A stretch of DNA of 58,004 nucleotides from Nanobdellota archaeon (GTDB lineage: Archaea; Nanobdellota; Nanobdellia; SCGC-AAA011-G17; JAGVZF01): positions 1 through 58,004 of the forward strand of contig JBBSWI010000003.1 in the NCBI GenBank assembly GCA_038046405.1, written 5' to 3'. This document shows positions 27,810 to 37,374 of the stretch, piece after piece (the stretch's first letter is position 1; each line of letters starts with the position of its first letter). A program made the position numbers and the translations under genes. The notes beneath the pieces are model-generated. The model did no database searches. It had not been told where the DNA came from and saw nothing but the letters and a program-made list of their open reading frames with translations.

Positions 27810-29174
27810 ATGGTGCTTGATAAATTAGGGGGTAGCTTAAAAGCTACCTTAAGAAAAATAACCGGAAGCTTGTTTGTAGATGAAAAACTGATAGATGAAT
27901 TAGTAAAAGACTTACAGAGGGCATTACTGCAGGCAGATGTAAATGTACAGCTAGTCTTTGACTTGAGCAAGGAAATCAAAAGAAGGGCTCTGGATGAGAA
28001 AGATATCAAAGGAATAAATCAGAGAGATCACTTAATCAAGATTGTCTATGAAGAGCTTGTTAAATTTCTTGGGAAAGAAAAACAAGGCATTAAGATTCTA
28101 GATAAAAAACCATTCAAGATTATGATGGTGGGAATTTATGGAACTGGCAAGACGACAAATATCGGAAAATTATCAAAATATTACTCAAAAAGAGGATATA
28201 AAATAGCTACTCTCGCTTTAGATGTCCATAGACCTGCTGCAATAGACCAATTAGAGCAGCTAAGCGAGCAGGTGAAAGTAAAATGTTTTTTAGACAAAAA
28301 AGAAAAAGACCCTATAAAAATATATAAGAAATTCAAAGATGAATACAAGAATTATGATATTTTGATTATTGATACTGCCGGAAGGCATGACCTTGACAAA
28401 GAACTAATTGAAGAATTAAAGCAATTAAATAAAGAAATACAACCTGATGAAAAGCTATTAGTGATCTCAGCCGATATAGGGCAAGCAGCTTCTAAACTGG
28501 CGAAAGGTTTTCTGGATGCTTGCGGAATAACAGGAGTAGTAATCACAAAACTTGATGGAACTGCTAAAGCAGGTGGAGCTCTAACTGCAACTGCCGTTAC
28601 AAATGCCCCTGTAAAATTTATTGGAGTTGGGGAAAAGATAGATGACCTTGAAGAATTTGATCCTGAAGGCTTTGTTTCTAGGCTCCTTGGCATGGGAGAC
28701 ATAAAAGCTTTACTGGAAAAAGCAGAAGAAGCAATTGACAAGGAAAAAGCAGAAGATCTCGGAAAAAGATTCTTGAAAGGTGAGTTTAATCTAATTGACC
28801 TTTATGAGCAGATGGAAGCCATGTCAAAGATGGGGCCTTTAAGCAAGATTATGGAATTAGTTCCTGGAATGGGCAACATGAACATCCCTAAGGAAATGCT
28901 ACAAGTTCAGGAAAGCAAGCTAAAAAAGTGGAAATTTATGATGCAGAGCATGACAAAACAAGAACTTGAAGACCCTGAAACAATAACAAGAACAAGAATA
29001 GACAGAATAGCAAAGGGCTCTGGGACTAGCGCGGGCGATGTCAGAGAATTACTAAAGCAATACAAGCAAAGCAAGAAGATGGCTAAATTAATGAAAGGCA
29101 TGGAAAAAGAGCAGGACATGAACAAACTGATGAAAAAATTCAGCAGGAAAATGCCAAAAGGCTTTGGAATGTAA
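27810..29174 (+). CDS. srp54: Signal recognition particle protein SRP54
   Basis: LQRALLQADVN, GIYGTGKTT, DTAGR, TKLDGTAKAGGA and M-domain RIAKGSG. Confidence 0.98.
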   Translation: MVLDKLGGSLKATLRKITGSLFVDEKLIDELVKDLQRALLQADVNVQLVFDLSKEIKRRALDEKDIKGINQRDHLIKIVYEELVKFLGKEKQGIKILDKKPFKIMMVGIYGTGKTTNIGKLSKYYSKRGYKIATLALDVHRPAAIDQLEQLSEQVKVKCFLDKKEKDPIKIYKKFKDEYKNYDILIIDTAGRHDLDKELIEELKQLNKEIQPDEKLLVISADIGQAASKLAKGFLDACGITGVVITKLDGTAKAGGALTATAVTNAPVKFIGVGEKIDDLEEFDPEGFVSRLLGMGDIKALLEKAEEAIDKEKAEDLGKRFLKGEFNLIDLYEQMEAMSKMGPLSKIMELVPGMGNMNIPKEMLQVQESKLKKWKFMMQSMTKQELEDPETITRTRIDRIAKGSGTSAGDVRELLKQYKQSKKMAKLMKGMEKEQDMNKLMKKFSRKMPKGFGM

Positions 29175-29175
29175 C

Positions 29176-30177
29176 ATGAATAAAATAAATAAATATATTT
29201 TTGCATTATTATTATTTTCAGTCTTAATAATAGCTTCCTGCACAAATAACCAAAAATCGGACAAAGAAAAAGACACTGCCAGCTATCAATCTAAAACACC
29301 AAAAGGAATTACTCTAACACCAAAAAGTTTCGGCCAGGAAGAATTCACTTATTTCTTTGAGAAATCGAGAAATTTCAATATTGTTGCGTGGTATGGTGAC
29401 TGGAATGAACTATCAAATTTAGAGAAAGGGGGCCCGGTTGTAGTTAATGGCCTATCCAGCAAGTATGATTACATGCCCTTAATCATAGTGCAGTTCTTCA
29501 CTCAAGATAATGGAAAATTGTTAAGACCTTTAGATGAAACCACTATAGACAATTACAAGAATTATCTTGGCAATTTTGCAGAAAAATACAAGCCGGAATA
29601 TCTAGGAATAGGTATTGAAATAAATGTTTTATATGAAAAGTCTCCAGCAGACTTTGAAAGATTTGTGAAATTATTTGATGAATCATATGACCTAATAAAA
29701 ACAAAATCTCCAGATACAAAAGTCTTCACAGTATTCCAATTAGAGAAAATGAAGGGCTTAAATGGCGGGCTTTTCGGCGGAACAAATGACCAAACAAAAA
29801 ACCAATGGAGTTTAATAGGCCAGTTCCAAAAATCGGACATTATTGCATTCACTACATACCCGGACTTAGTATACAAAAATCCAGAAGAAATACCGGCAGA
29901 TTATTACGATGAGATAAAAATGTATGCTTCAAAGCCGATTGTGTTTACAGAAATAGGCTGGCACACTGCAAATAGCCCAAAAGGCTGGGAAAGCAGTGAG
30001 GATGAACAAGCAGAATTCGTAAAAAAATTCTTTGATCTAACAAAGGATTTAAACAAAGAATTTATTATATGGAGTTTTATGTACGACCAAAAGACAATTG
30101 AGCCGTTTAACAGCATGGGATTAATAGACAGCAATACCGGCAATGATAAAAAATCATTTAATGAATGGGCAAATTGA
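29176..30177 (+). CDS. Secreted lipoprotein, glycoside hydrolase clan-A-like TIM barrel
   Basis: Lipobox IIASC; LGIGIEIN (acid/base Glu) and KPIVFTEIGW (nucleophile Glu); SEDEQAEF; WSFMYD. Confidence 0.7.
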   Translation: MNKINKYIFALLLFSVLIIASCTNNQKSDKEKDTASYQSKTPKGITLTPKSFGQEEFTYFFEKSRNFNIVAWYGDWNELSNLEKGGPVVVNGLSSKYDYMPLIIVQFFTQDNGKLLRPLDETTIDNYKNYLGNFAEKYKPEYLGIGIEINVLYEKSPADFERFVKLFDESYDLIKTKSPDTKVFTVFQLEKMKGLNGGLFGGTNDQTKNQWSLIGQFQKSDIIAFTTYPDLVYKNPEEIPADYYDEIKMYASKPIVFTEIGWHTANSPKGWESSEDEQAEFVKKFFDLTKDLNKEFIIWSFMYDQKTIEPFNSMGLIDSNTGNDKKSFNEWAN

Positions 30178-30199
30178 TGGTAAGAGCAAAAGTGTAGTA

Positions 30200-30526
30200 T
30201 TATATTTCTATACTTAATTCATTAGAACTTTTAGGTACTATCCTTACTTCCTTTTCCTTTTTCAGTTTTAAGAATTCTGCTATCTCTTTTGGGATTCTTA
30301 TTGCAAGGCTGTTTCCAACTTTTGCAACTCTTGTTTTCTTAGAAAGTCCAAATAATCCCAACTCCTTTGATTTTTCTTGAATTTTCTTTGCTATATCACT
30401 ATCAAAGAAGGTTTCCCCACAAGATTTACATACACCGGCCTTAAATTTGCCCAATGAAACTCCAAATTCTTTATAATCAACTATTTTTTCTTCCACCCGT
30501 CCTTTTCCGCACATAACACATTTCAT
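30200..30526 (-). CDS. YgiT/MqsA-type zinc finger + AbrB antitoxin
   Basis: KCVMC...VCKSCGETFF and C-terminal KVGNSLAIRIPKEI. Confidence 0.85.
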   Translation of the reverse strand: MKCVMCGKGRVEEKIVDYKEFGVSLGKFKAGVCKSCGETFFDSDIAKKIQEKSKELGLFGLSKKTRVAKVGNSLAIRIPKEIAEFLKLKKEKEVRIVPKSSNELSIEI

Positions 30527-30528
30527 TT

Positions 30529-30735
30529 TTAAACACCTGCCTTATAAACGGTTATTACAAATATATAATTTTTGTCTTTGGTAAAAACACATTCTAATCC
30601 TGCAAAACTGGCATGCCACTTATCATTTGAATTTTTCCATTTCATTCCTTTTTTTAGAACCATATTTGCTTCTTCTATATCTATACCATAATTATCAATT
30701 TTTCCTATAGCATGTTTGCTAAAAAATATTTTAAT
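30529..30735 (-). CDS. DUF4258/RelE-like toxin, apparently initiating at ATT
   Basis: Read manually: IKIFFSKHAIGKIDNYGIDIEEANMVLKKG...KNYIFVITVYKAGV (SxHA...VITVY signature). GGTGA SD lies 6 nt before ATT, with an in-frame TGA directly upstream. Confidence 0.75.
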   Translation of the reverse strand: MKIFFSKHAIGKIDNYGIDIEEANMVLKKGMKWKNSNDKWHASFAGLECVFTKDKNYIFVITVYKAGV

Positions 30736-30829
30736 TGGTAATCACCAAGATATATAAGGATATACCAGTATATAAATATAGCTATTTGTTAAAAGCAACT
30801 CTTAAAAACTATAATAATAGGACAAAAAT

Positions 30830-31126
30830 ATGGAATATAATCTTGATTTGGAAAAAGCAGTAAAAATAATAAAGAAAGAAAAAGCTAAATTAGTTTGCAT
30901 CCAACTGCCTGACGGCTTGAAGCCGAGGGCAACTGAAATAACAGACTATCTAGAGAAGAATACAAAAGCTAAAATAATAATATGGCTTAACTCAAACTGG
31001 GGCGCATGCGATGTCCCTGTTGGCCTGGAAACAATCAATGTAGACTTACTGATAAATTTCGGGCATAATAGCTTTGGATTTAAGGAAAAGATTGCAAAAA
31101 AGGGCTACATAGAAATAGAGAAATAA
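30830..31126 (+). CDS. dph2: Diphthamide synthesis Dph2, N-terminal domain only (split or truncated)
   Basis: VCIQLPDGLK, WGACDV, LINFGH; only 98 aa. Confidence 0.85.
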   Translation: MEYNLDLEKAVKIIKKEKAKLVCIQLPDGLKPRATEITDYLEKNTKAKIIIWLNSNWGACDVPVGLETINVDLLINFGHNSFGFKEKIAKKGYIEIEK

Positions 31127-31138
31127 GGGGGTGTTATA

Positions 31139-31660
31139 TTGGGATTGCTAATAGCCATTTCCGGCAAGCAAGGATCTGGAAAGACAACTGCCGCAAATTA
31201 CTTGGTTGAAAACTTCAATTTCAAGATAATCAGCTTTTCTGACAAGATAAAAGAAGTTGCAATGGACTTATTTGGGGCAAGCTATGAAGAATCTTATGGC
31301 AAATCAAAGAATCGGCTATTGTTGCAGAAAATCGGCTATCATATGAGAGAAATAAACTATAATGTATGGACAAATTAGTTAACAGGAAAAATTTCTGACT
31401 CTGGCGAAGATATCGTAGTTGATGATTTACGGCTTAAATCAGAGTTTGATGCATTAAAAAAACTTGGATTCAAGATAATCAGGATTAATGCAGACAATGA
31501 AACAAGAAAATCTAGAATACCTTATTACTCTGGAGAGCAGGATATTACAGAAACAGACCTTGATACTATAGACGGCTGGAATTTGGTTTTAGAAAATAAT
31601 TCTGGAAAAGACAATCTTCATAAACAATTGCATGATTTTATGAAGAATTTTAAAGATTAA
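31139..31660 (+). pseudogene. Deoxynucleoside-monophosphate kinase-like P-loop gene interrupted by an in-frame TAG (31376-31378)
   Basis: ISGKQGSGKTT...RLLLQKIG...NVWTN*LTGKISDSGEDIVVDDLRLKSEFDALKKLGFKIIRI...TETDLD...LVLENN; the same frame continues to TAA at 31660. Confidence 0.85.
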
Positions 31661-31674
31661 CAATAACAATTACT

Positions 31675-31696
31675 GTTACTACTTTAAAGAAGTATA
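31675..31696. promoter_or_regulatory. Degenerate GTWAC-N12-GTWAC site upstream of trmB
   Basis: GTTAC TACTTTAAAGAA GTATA, 17/22 identical to the 47473 copy and just upstream of CGAAAGACTTATATA (BRE/TATA). Confidence 0.45.
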
Positions 31697-31755
31697 AAAG
31701 CGAAAGACTTATATACCCTTTCTTTATTATGAATTGGTAGTAATATGGAGTAAAA

Positions 31756-32565
31756 ATGATAGTAAACGATGAATTTTTAAAAAAGCTGAGAAGCGCATTT
31801 GATTTGAATATTTATGAAGTCAAGATATGGACTGCTTTATTGAGCAAGGGAATTGCGGCAGCCGGCGAATTAAGCGATATTTCTGACGTCCCAAGATCAA
31901 GATGCTATGATGTTCTCGAGTCTCTTGAAAAACGCGGATTTGTGATAATGAAGCTTGGAAAGCCAATAAAATACATTGCGGTCAAGCCTGAAGAGGTAAC
32001 GAAAAGGGTCAAGAAGACATTCCAAGAACATGCAGACTACCAAGTAAAAAGTCTTGAAAACGTTGAAAAAGACGATTTCTTTAATGAACTTAATTTATTG
32101 TACAAAAATGGGATAAGCCATATCGATCATGCAACAATAACCGGAGCCATAAAGGGCAGAAGAAACATCTATGATCAAATAAGCTCAATGCTTGAAACAG
32201 CGCAGAAAGAAGTTTTAATAGTAACATCAATGCAAGAGCTCAGCAGAAAATATGAAAATTTCGGTTCCATATTAAAAAAATTAAGCAACAAGGGCGTTAA
32301 AATAAAAGTTGCGGTTCCAGTAAAGGAAAATAACAAAGACAACAAATTCCTTAAGGATCTAGGCCAATTAGCAGAGATAAAAAAGATAGACTCAGTGCAG
32401 GGAAGGTTTGTTATAGTAGATGGAAAACAAATGGTGTTCATGCTTAATTCTGACGAAAATGTTCATGAAAGCTATGACACTGCAGTATGGGTTAATAGCC
32501 CTTTCTTCTCAAATGCCGTGAACAGCTTGTTTGATTTAACTTGGAAGAATCTAGAAAAGATTTAA
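31756..32565 (+). CDS. trmB: TrmB-family transcriptional regulator
   Basis: LNIYEVKIWTALL...SDVPRSRCYDVLESLEKRGFV...PIKYIAVKPEE wHTH; C-terminal RFVIVDGK effector domain. Confidence 0.92.
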   Translation: MIVNDEFLKKLRSAFDLNIYEVKIWTALLSKGIAAAGELSDISDVPRSRCYDVLESLEKRGFVIMKLGKPIKYIAVKPEEVTKRVKKTFQEHADYQVKSLENVEKDDFFNELNLLYKNGISHIDHATITGAIKGRRNIYDQISSMLETAQKEVLIVTSMQELSRKYENFGSILKKLSNKGVKIKVAVPVKENNKDNKFLKDLGQLAEIKKIDSVQGRFVIVDGKQMVFMLNSDENVHESYDTAVWVNSPFFSNAVNSLFDLTWKNLEKI

Positions 32566-32640
32566 CTCTTTTATTTTTTATCAGCCTTAAATATTACAGA
32601 GCCTTTAATAAAAAGATTTAAAAATAACATAGCATAATTT

Positions 32641-34188
32641 ATGGCTATGGATTTAACTAGGCTAGCCCATTCCTTACACACTCTAGAAAGAAAAATTCTT
32701 CCTTTTTTGCATGACAACATCAGCATTACCGAAATTTCCGCTAAGTCAAAACTTAAAGAAGATGAGATTATGCATGCATTGAAATGGATGCAGAACAAAA
32801 AACTTCTTGAAATAAAAGCCAGTTCTTATGAAATAATCTCATTGGATAAAAACGGATTATACTATCTTAAGCATGGCCTTCCAGAAAGGAATCTCATAAA
32901 TCTAATCAAAGATAAGATACTAACTCTAGAGCAGATAAGGCACAATTACAAAGACAAAAAAGAAGACATCAATCCCGGAATCGGAGCTTTAAGGCAGAAG
33001 AACTTAATGTCCATACAAAAAGATGGAAAGGCCGTCGTCGTAAAGTTTAAGCTGAACAGTGATGGCCTAAATTACATAAGTCAGCCACTTCCTGAAGAGA
33101 TTTTTCTGAAGAGAATAAGCGAAAGAATCCATACAGTGAATGATTTTAGCACATTTGACAAGAAACTGCTTGATTCTTTAAAGAGAAGGAAGGAATTCAT
33201 AAAAACAGAATCTCAAAAGTCTAAGCATGTAATCTTGACTGACTTGTGCAAGCAGCTTTTAAGCCAAAAAATAGAAATTGATTTAATCGAAGCCATAACT
33301 CCGGATATAATAAAAAACAAGGAATATAAATCTAGGGCAATCAGAAGATATGATGTTGAAGTTCAAGTGCCCAGAGTCTTTGCCGGAAGAAAGCACTTCA
33401 TTAATGAGGCTGTAAGTTATATAAGAAGAATATGGCTCGACATGGGCTTCAAGGAAATGAAAGGCAGCTTAATTCAGCCGAGTTTCTGGAATTTTGACGC
33501 TTTATTCACACCGCAGGACCATCCTGCCCGTGAATTACAGGACACATTATTTGTTGAGGGCATGGGAAAATTGCCTAGCAAGGAACTTGTCAACAAGATA
33601 AAAAATGTGCATGAAAATGGCTCTGATACAGGAAGCAAGGGATGGAATTATAAATGGAACCCTGAAAAAGCAAAAGAATTAGTGCTAAGGACCCATACAA
33701 CGGTTTTAAGCGCACTTACAATATCATCTTTAAAAAAAGAGCAATTGCCATGCAAATATTTTTCAATTGGAAGGTGCTTCAGAAATGAAACGGTAGATTG
33801 GAAGCATGGATTTGAATTTACCCAAGTTGAGGGCATAGTGGTTGATGAAAACGCAAACTTCAGGAACTTGCTTGGGCATTTAAAGAGATATTACATGAAA
33901 CTAGGATTTAATGATATAAGATTCAGACCAAGTTACTTTCCATACACTGAGATGAGCGTCGAAGTTGAAGTGTATCATAAAGAGAGAAAGGAATGGCTCG
34001 AATTAGGCGGAGCTGGAATGTTCAGGCCAGAAGTCGTAAAGCCGTTACTTGGCAAGGATGTTCCTGTACTAGCTTGGGGGCAGGGGATGGAAAGGAGCAT
34101 TATGAACTATTACAACATAGATGATTTCCGCGATTTGTATAAAAATGATCTAAAACTGCTGAGGGAGGTCAAACCATGGTTGAAGTAA
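32641..34188 (+). CDS. pheS: Phenylalanine-tRNA ligase alpha subunit
   Basis: FWNFDALFTPQDHPARELQDT, LRTHTT, FRNE, FPYTEMS, ELGGAGMFRPEV. Confidence 0.98.
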   Translation: MAMDLTRLAHSLHTLERKILPFLHDNISITEISAKSKLKEDEIMHALKWMQNKKLLEIKASSYEIISLDKNGLYYLKHGLPERNLINLIKDKILTLEQIRHNYKDKKEDINPGIGALRQKNLMSIQKDGKAVVVKFKLNSDGLNYISQPLPEEIFLKRISERIHTVNDFSTFDKKLLDSLKRRKEFIKTESQKSKHVILTDLCKQLLSQKIEIDLIEAITPDIIKNKEYKSRAIRRYDVEVQVPRVFAGRKHFINEAVSYIRRIWLDMGFKEMKGSLIQPSFWNFDALFTPQDHPARELQDTLFVEGMGKLPSKELVNKIKNVHENGSDTGSKGWNYKWNPEKAKELVLRTHTTVLSALTISSLKKEQLPCKYFSIGRCFRNETVDWKHGFEFTQVEGIVVDENANFRNLLGHLKRYYMKLGFNDIRFRPSYFPYTEMSVEVEVYHKERKEWLELGGAGMFRPEVVKPLLGKDVPVLAWGQGMERSIMNYYNIDDFRDLYKNDLKLLREVKPWLK

Positions 34189-34391
34189 ACAATATGATAA
34201 AGAAAGATACGATAATGGTATGCCCAAAGTGCGGAAGTGTCAACTTAAAGCAGACTCCAAAAGTCTGGGAACAGAAACCAGGAGAGGTAGTTGTGGCGGA
34301 GTGCATGCTTTGCGGCTATAAAGGCAGAGATTTTCCTGTGATAAAAAAGACCACCGTGAACTTATTCAGGCAAAAACTAAACAAGAGATAA
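34176..34391 (+). CDS. Small zinc-finger protein between pheS and pheT
   Basis: CPKCGS...ECMLCGY; overlaps the pheS stop. Confidence 0.7.
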   Translation: MVEVNNMIKKDTIMVCPKCGSVNLKQTPKVWEQKPGEVVVAECMLCGYKGRDFPVIKKTTVNLFRQKLNKR

Positions 34392-34392
34392 T

Positions 34393-36033
34393 ATGGCATC
34401 AGTTGAAGTAAGCAAGACAGAATTAAGTAGATTGATTAAACGAGACATTAGGCTCGATTACTTGGTCAATCGAATAGGGATGCTAGGCATGCCTGTAGAG
34501 AATGTTAAAGAAGACAATCTGGCTCTTGAGGTATTTCCAAACAGGCCTGATTACTTGAGCCAGTACGGAATTGCGAGAGCATTAAGAGGTTTTCTCGGAA
34601 TTAAAAAAGGCCTTGTCAACTATGAAACAAGAAAATCTGGATATAAAGTTATAGTCGATAGCAACTTAAAGAACATAAGGCCTTTTACTTCATGTTGCGT
34701 AATAAAGAACATTAAGTTTAGCGACGAAAAAATACGCGACATAATACAATTCCAGGAAAAATTGCATATTACATTATGCAGGAATAGGAGAAAAGCAGCT
34801 ATCGGCATTTATCCTTTAGACAAAATAAAATTCCCTATAAGGTTCATGGCTATAGCAAGGGAAGCTATAAAGTTCAAACCACTAGAACATGGGACTGAAT
34901 TAAGCGCAGATGAAATACTGAAGGATATTGATGCTGGCAAGAAATATGGCCATTTGATTAATAACCTTAAATTTTATCCAGTTTTCATTGATGCTAAAGA
35001 TAATATACTATCCATGCCGCCAGTTATAAACTCAGATAGTGTTGGAAAAATAACTAGCAAGACAACTGATGTTTTTATAGAAGTAAGCGGTTTTGATTTG
35101 AACTTCTTAAATCAGGTGTTGAATATAATCGCAACAAACATGGCCGAGATGGGCGGAAAAATCTATTCTGTTAATGCAGTTTATTCTGGAAAAGGCCATT
35201 TGATGCCTGACTTAACGCCTTCCAAAATGAAGATTAACATTAATTATGTGAATAAACTTCTTGGATTAAGACTTAAAGAAACCCAATTGAAGGGCTTCCT
35301 TGAGAAAATGGGTTATTCTTATAGCAGAGGAATTGTTTCAATACCTGCGTATAGACAAGACATATTGCATGAGTTTGATTTAGTTGAAGATATAGCGATT
35401 GCCTATGGTTATGAAAATTTCAGTCCTTTATTAGACAGCTTTTATTCCATTGCAGAAGAGGACAAAATTGAGATTTTTAAGGAAAAAATGAATGATCTTC
35501 TGATTGGCCTTGAGTTTATTGAGGTAAGCATGCCGCATCTAAGCAATAAATCCAGTTTAAATGAAAAAATGAACACGGGCAAGGGCCTAATTGCACTAAA
35601 AAATTCTGTAAACCAAGAATATAATGTTCTGAGGAACTGGCTGTTGCCTGGACTGATGGAAATTTTAAGCAGCAACAAACATAATGAATACCCGCAGAAG
35701 ATTTTCGAGATTGGTACTGTTTTCCTGCAAAAAAATCATGAGGAAAAGATTAGCTTTGGCGGATTGATAAGCCATAGCAAGGCTAACTTCACTGAAGCAA
35801 AACAAGTAATAGACTGCTTGCTTACAACCTTGAACATAAAATACGAAATAAAAGAAAGTGATGATGAAATGTGCTTCATTCCCGGGAGGGCTGCAAAAAT
35901 TATGGCAAAGGGGAAGGAACTAGGTTTTCTCGGAGAGATAAATCCTGAAGTCCTTGAAAAATGGAATCTAGAGCAGCCAACAGCTGGATTTGAAATTAAT
36001 TTTGGTGAGCTAGTCGAAATTATAAAGATTTAA
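34393..36033 (+). CDS. pheT: Phenylalanine-tRNA ligase beta subunit
   Basis: EVFPNRPDYLS, QEKLH, SMPPVINS, PAYRQDILHEFDLVEDIAIAYGY. Confidence 0.98.
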   Translation: MASVEVSKTELSRLIKRDIRLDYLVNRIGMLGMPVENVKEDNLALEVFPNRPDYLSQYGIARALRGFLGIKKGLVNYETRKSGYKVIVDSNLKNIRPFTSCCVIKNIKFSDEKIRDIIQFQEKLHITLCRNRRKAAIGIYPLDKIKFPIRFMAIAREAIKFKPLEHGTELSADEILKDIDAGKKYGHLINNLKFYPVFIDAKDNILSMPPVINSDSVGKITSKTTDVFIEVSGFDLNFLNQVLNIIATNMAEMGGKIYSVNAVYSGKGHLMPDLTPSKMKININYVNKLLGLRLKETQLKGFLEKMGYSYSRGIVSIPAYRQDILHEFDLVEDIAIAYGYENFSPLLDSFYSIAEEDKIEIFKEKMNDLLIGLEFIEVSMPHLSNKSSLNEKMNTGKGLIALKNSVNQEYNVLRNWLLPGLMEILSSNKHNEYPQKIFEIGTVFLQKNHEEKISFGGLISHSKANFTEAKQVIDCLLTTLNIKYEIKESDDEMCFIPGRAAKIMAKGKELGFLGEINPEVLEKWNLEQPTAGFEINFGELVEIIKI

Positions 36034-36058
36034 AAATTATTCTTACTACAAATTACTT

Positions 36059-36460
36059 ATGGAAACTGTCCCTGATTATGGATTATATAAAATAACTCAG
36101 TATTTATTTGACCATATTCATAATAAATTGCCTGAAGTGCTTCATAATTTACCAATTGAAGTTACGTTAGAAGGATTTTTAGGAGGCTATTTATTAACTA
36201 AATTTTTGCAGTTTAGTTCTAAGAGTGTATTTACTAGAATTATTCCAAATTTTGATAGTAAAACACTTCCTAAATTAGAGAGGCTGTGCGAATTTGGAAT
36301 TCCCGGGACTTTTTTAGTATACAGTTGTATTAATCCAAATGGGGCAAGAGATTTAGTTTACAATAAACCTATGGATAATTTAGGCATATTTATGGCATAT
36401 TTAGGGGGCATAGCGGCTACGGAGCAAGGTTTAAATAAAAGAAAAAAAACATTTCAGTAA
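36059..36460 (+). CDS. Hypothetical membrane protein
   Basis: 133-aa ORF with hydrophobic segments. Confidence 0.55.
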   Translation: METVPDYGLYKITQYLFDHIHNKLPEVLHNLPIEVTLEGFLGGYLLTKFLQFSSKSVFTRIIPNFDSKTLPKLERLCEFGIPGTFLVYSCINPNGARDLVYNKPMDNLGIFMAYLGGIAATEQGLNKRKKTFQ

Positions 36461-36472
36461 AAGAGGTACTAT

Positions 36473-37297
36473 ATGTTTAAAAAATACGGCATAGTCGGAA
36501 TTTTATTAATAGTTTTTGTACAAATAAATTTCTTTTTAAAAATACAGCCTTTTGCTAACTGGTATTTTCCAATTGTGTGGTTTGGATATATTTTAACTAT
36601 AGATGCGTTAATTTATAAGTTAAAAGGAAATTCATTGATAAGCAATAGATTTTCTCAATTTTTAGGGATGGTTATAATCTCTTCCTTATTCTGGTGGATT
36701 TTTGAATTTGTTAATATAATAATAAAAAATTGGCAGTATCATGGCCTGGAAGGCTTGGGCATTTGGAGCAATTTAATGGGAACTATTGCCTTTAGCACTG
36801 TGTTGCCTGCTTTTTTTGAAATTGTTGAACTAATAAGATGCATACATTTATTTGACAACAAAAAATTAAAAAAGGGCCATAAAATAACAAAAACATTCTT
36901 GCATTCTATGACTGTTATTGGGGTTTTATGTTTTATATTGCCAATATTTCTTCCAAAGTTCACATTTCCATTAGTGTGGATGGCTTTCTTTTTTATATTA
37001 GATCCAATAAATTTCTTACACAAACAACCGAGCATAATAGGACATTTAAAAGACAGAAATTTAACCATCCCTCTATCATTGCTTGTAGCTGGCATAATTA
37101 TGGGATTCTTTTGGGAATTCTGGAACTACTGGGCAATTCCAAAATGGACTTATGACGTTCCTTTCGTTGGATTCTTTAAGGTTTTTGAGATGCCTTTGTT
37201 GGGATATTTTGGATATTTTCCATTCGCTTTCGAGCTTTATGCGATGTACTGGTTTGTGAGAAGCTTGTTTTTACATAAAGAGCATTTATTAGAGTAA
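36473..37297 (+). CDS. Conserved-looking integral membrane protein
   Basis: About 7 TM segments; WWIFE...NWQY and GFFWEFWNYW...KWTY...FEMPLLGYFGY internal repeat. Confidence 0.75.
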   Translation: MFKKYGIVGILLIVFVQINFFLKIQPFANWYFPIVWFGYILTIDALIYKLKGNSLISNRFSQFLGMVIISSLFWWIFEFVNIIIKNWQYHGLEGLGIWSNLMGTIAFSTVLPAFFEIVELIRCIHLFDNKKLKKGHKITKTFLHSMTVIGVLCFILPIFLPKFTFPLVWMAFFFILDPINFLHKQPSIIGHLKDRNLTIPLSLLVAGIIMGFFWEFWNYWAIPKWTYDVPFVGFFKVFEMPLLGYFGYFPFAFELYAMYWFVRSLFLHKEHLLE

Positions 37298-37374
37298 TTT
37301 TGTTACGTATGCACCTTCTTTTATAATCCAATTGTTTATAATTTCTATATACTACAATACCCGAAATTATATAA

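Noticed and set aside
31376-31378. Genome-wide TAG reassignment
   Set aside because: Several genes (vapC, sppA, the DEDDh exonuclease, tnpB) end at TAG at their expected lengths.
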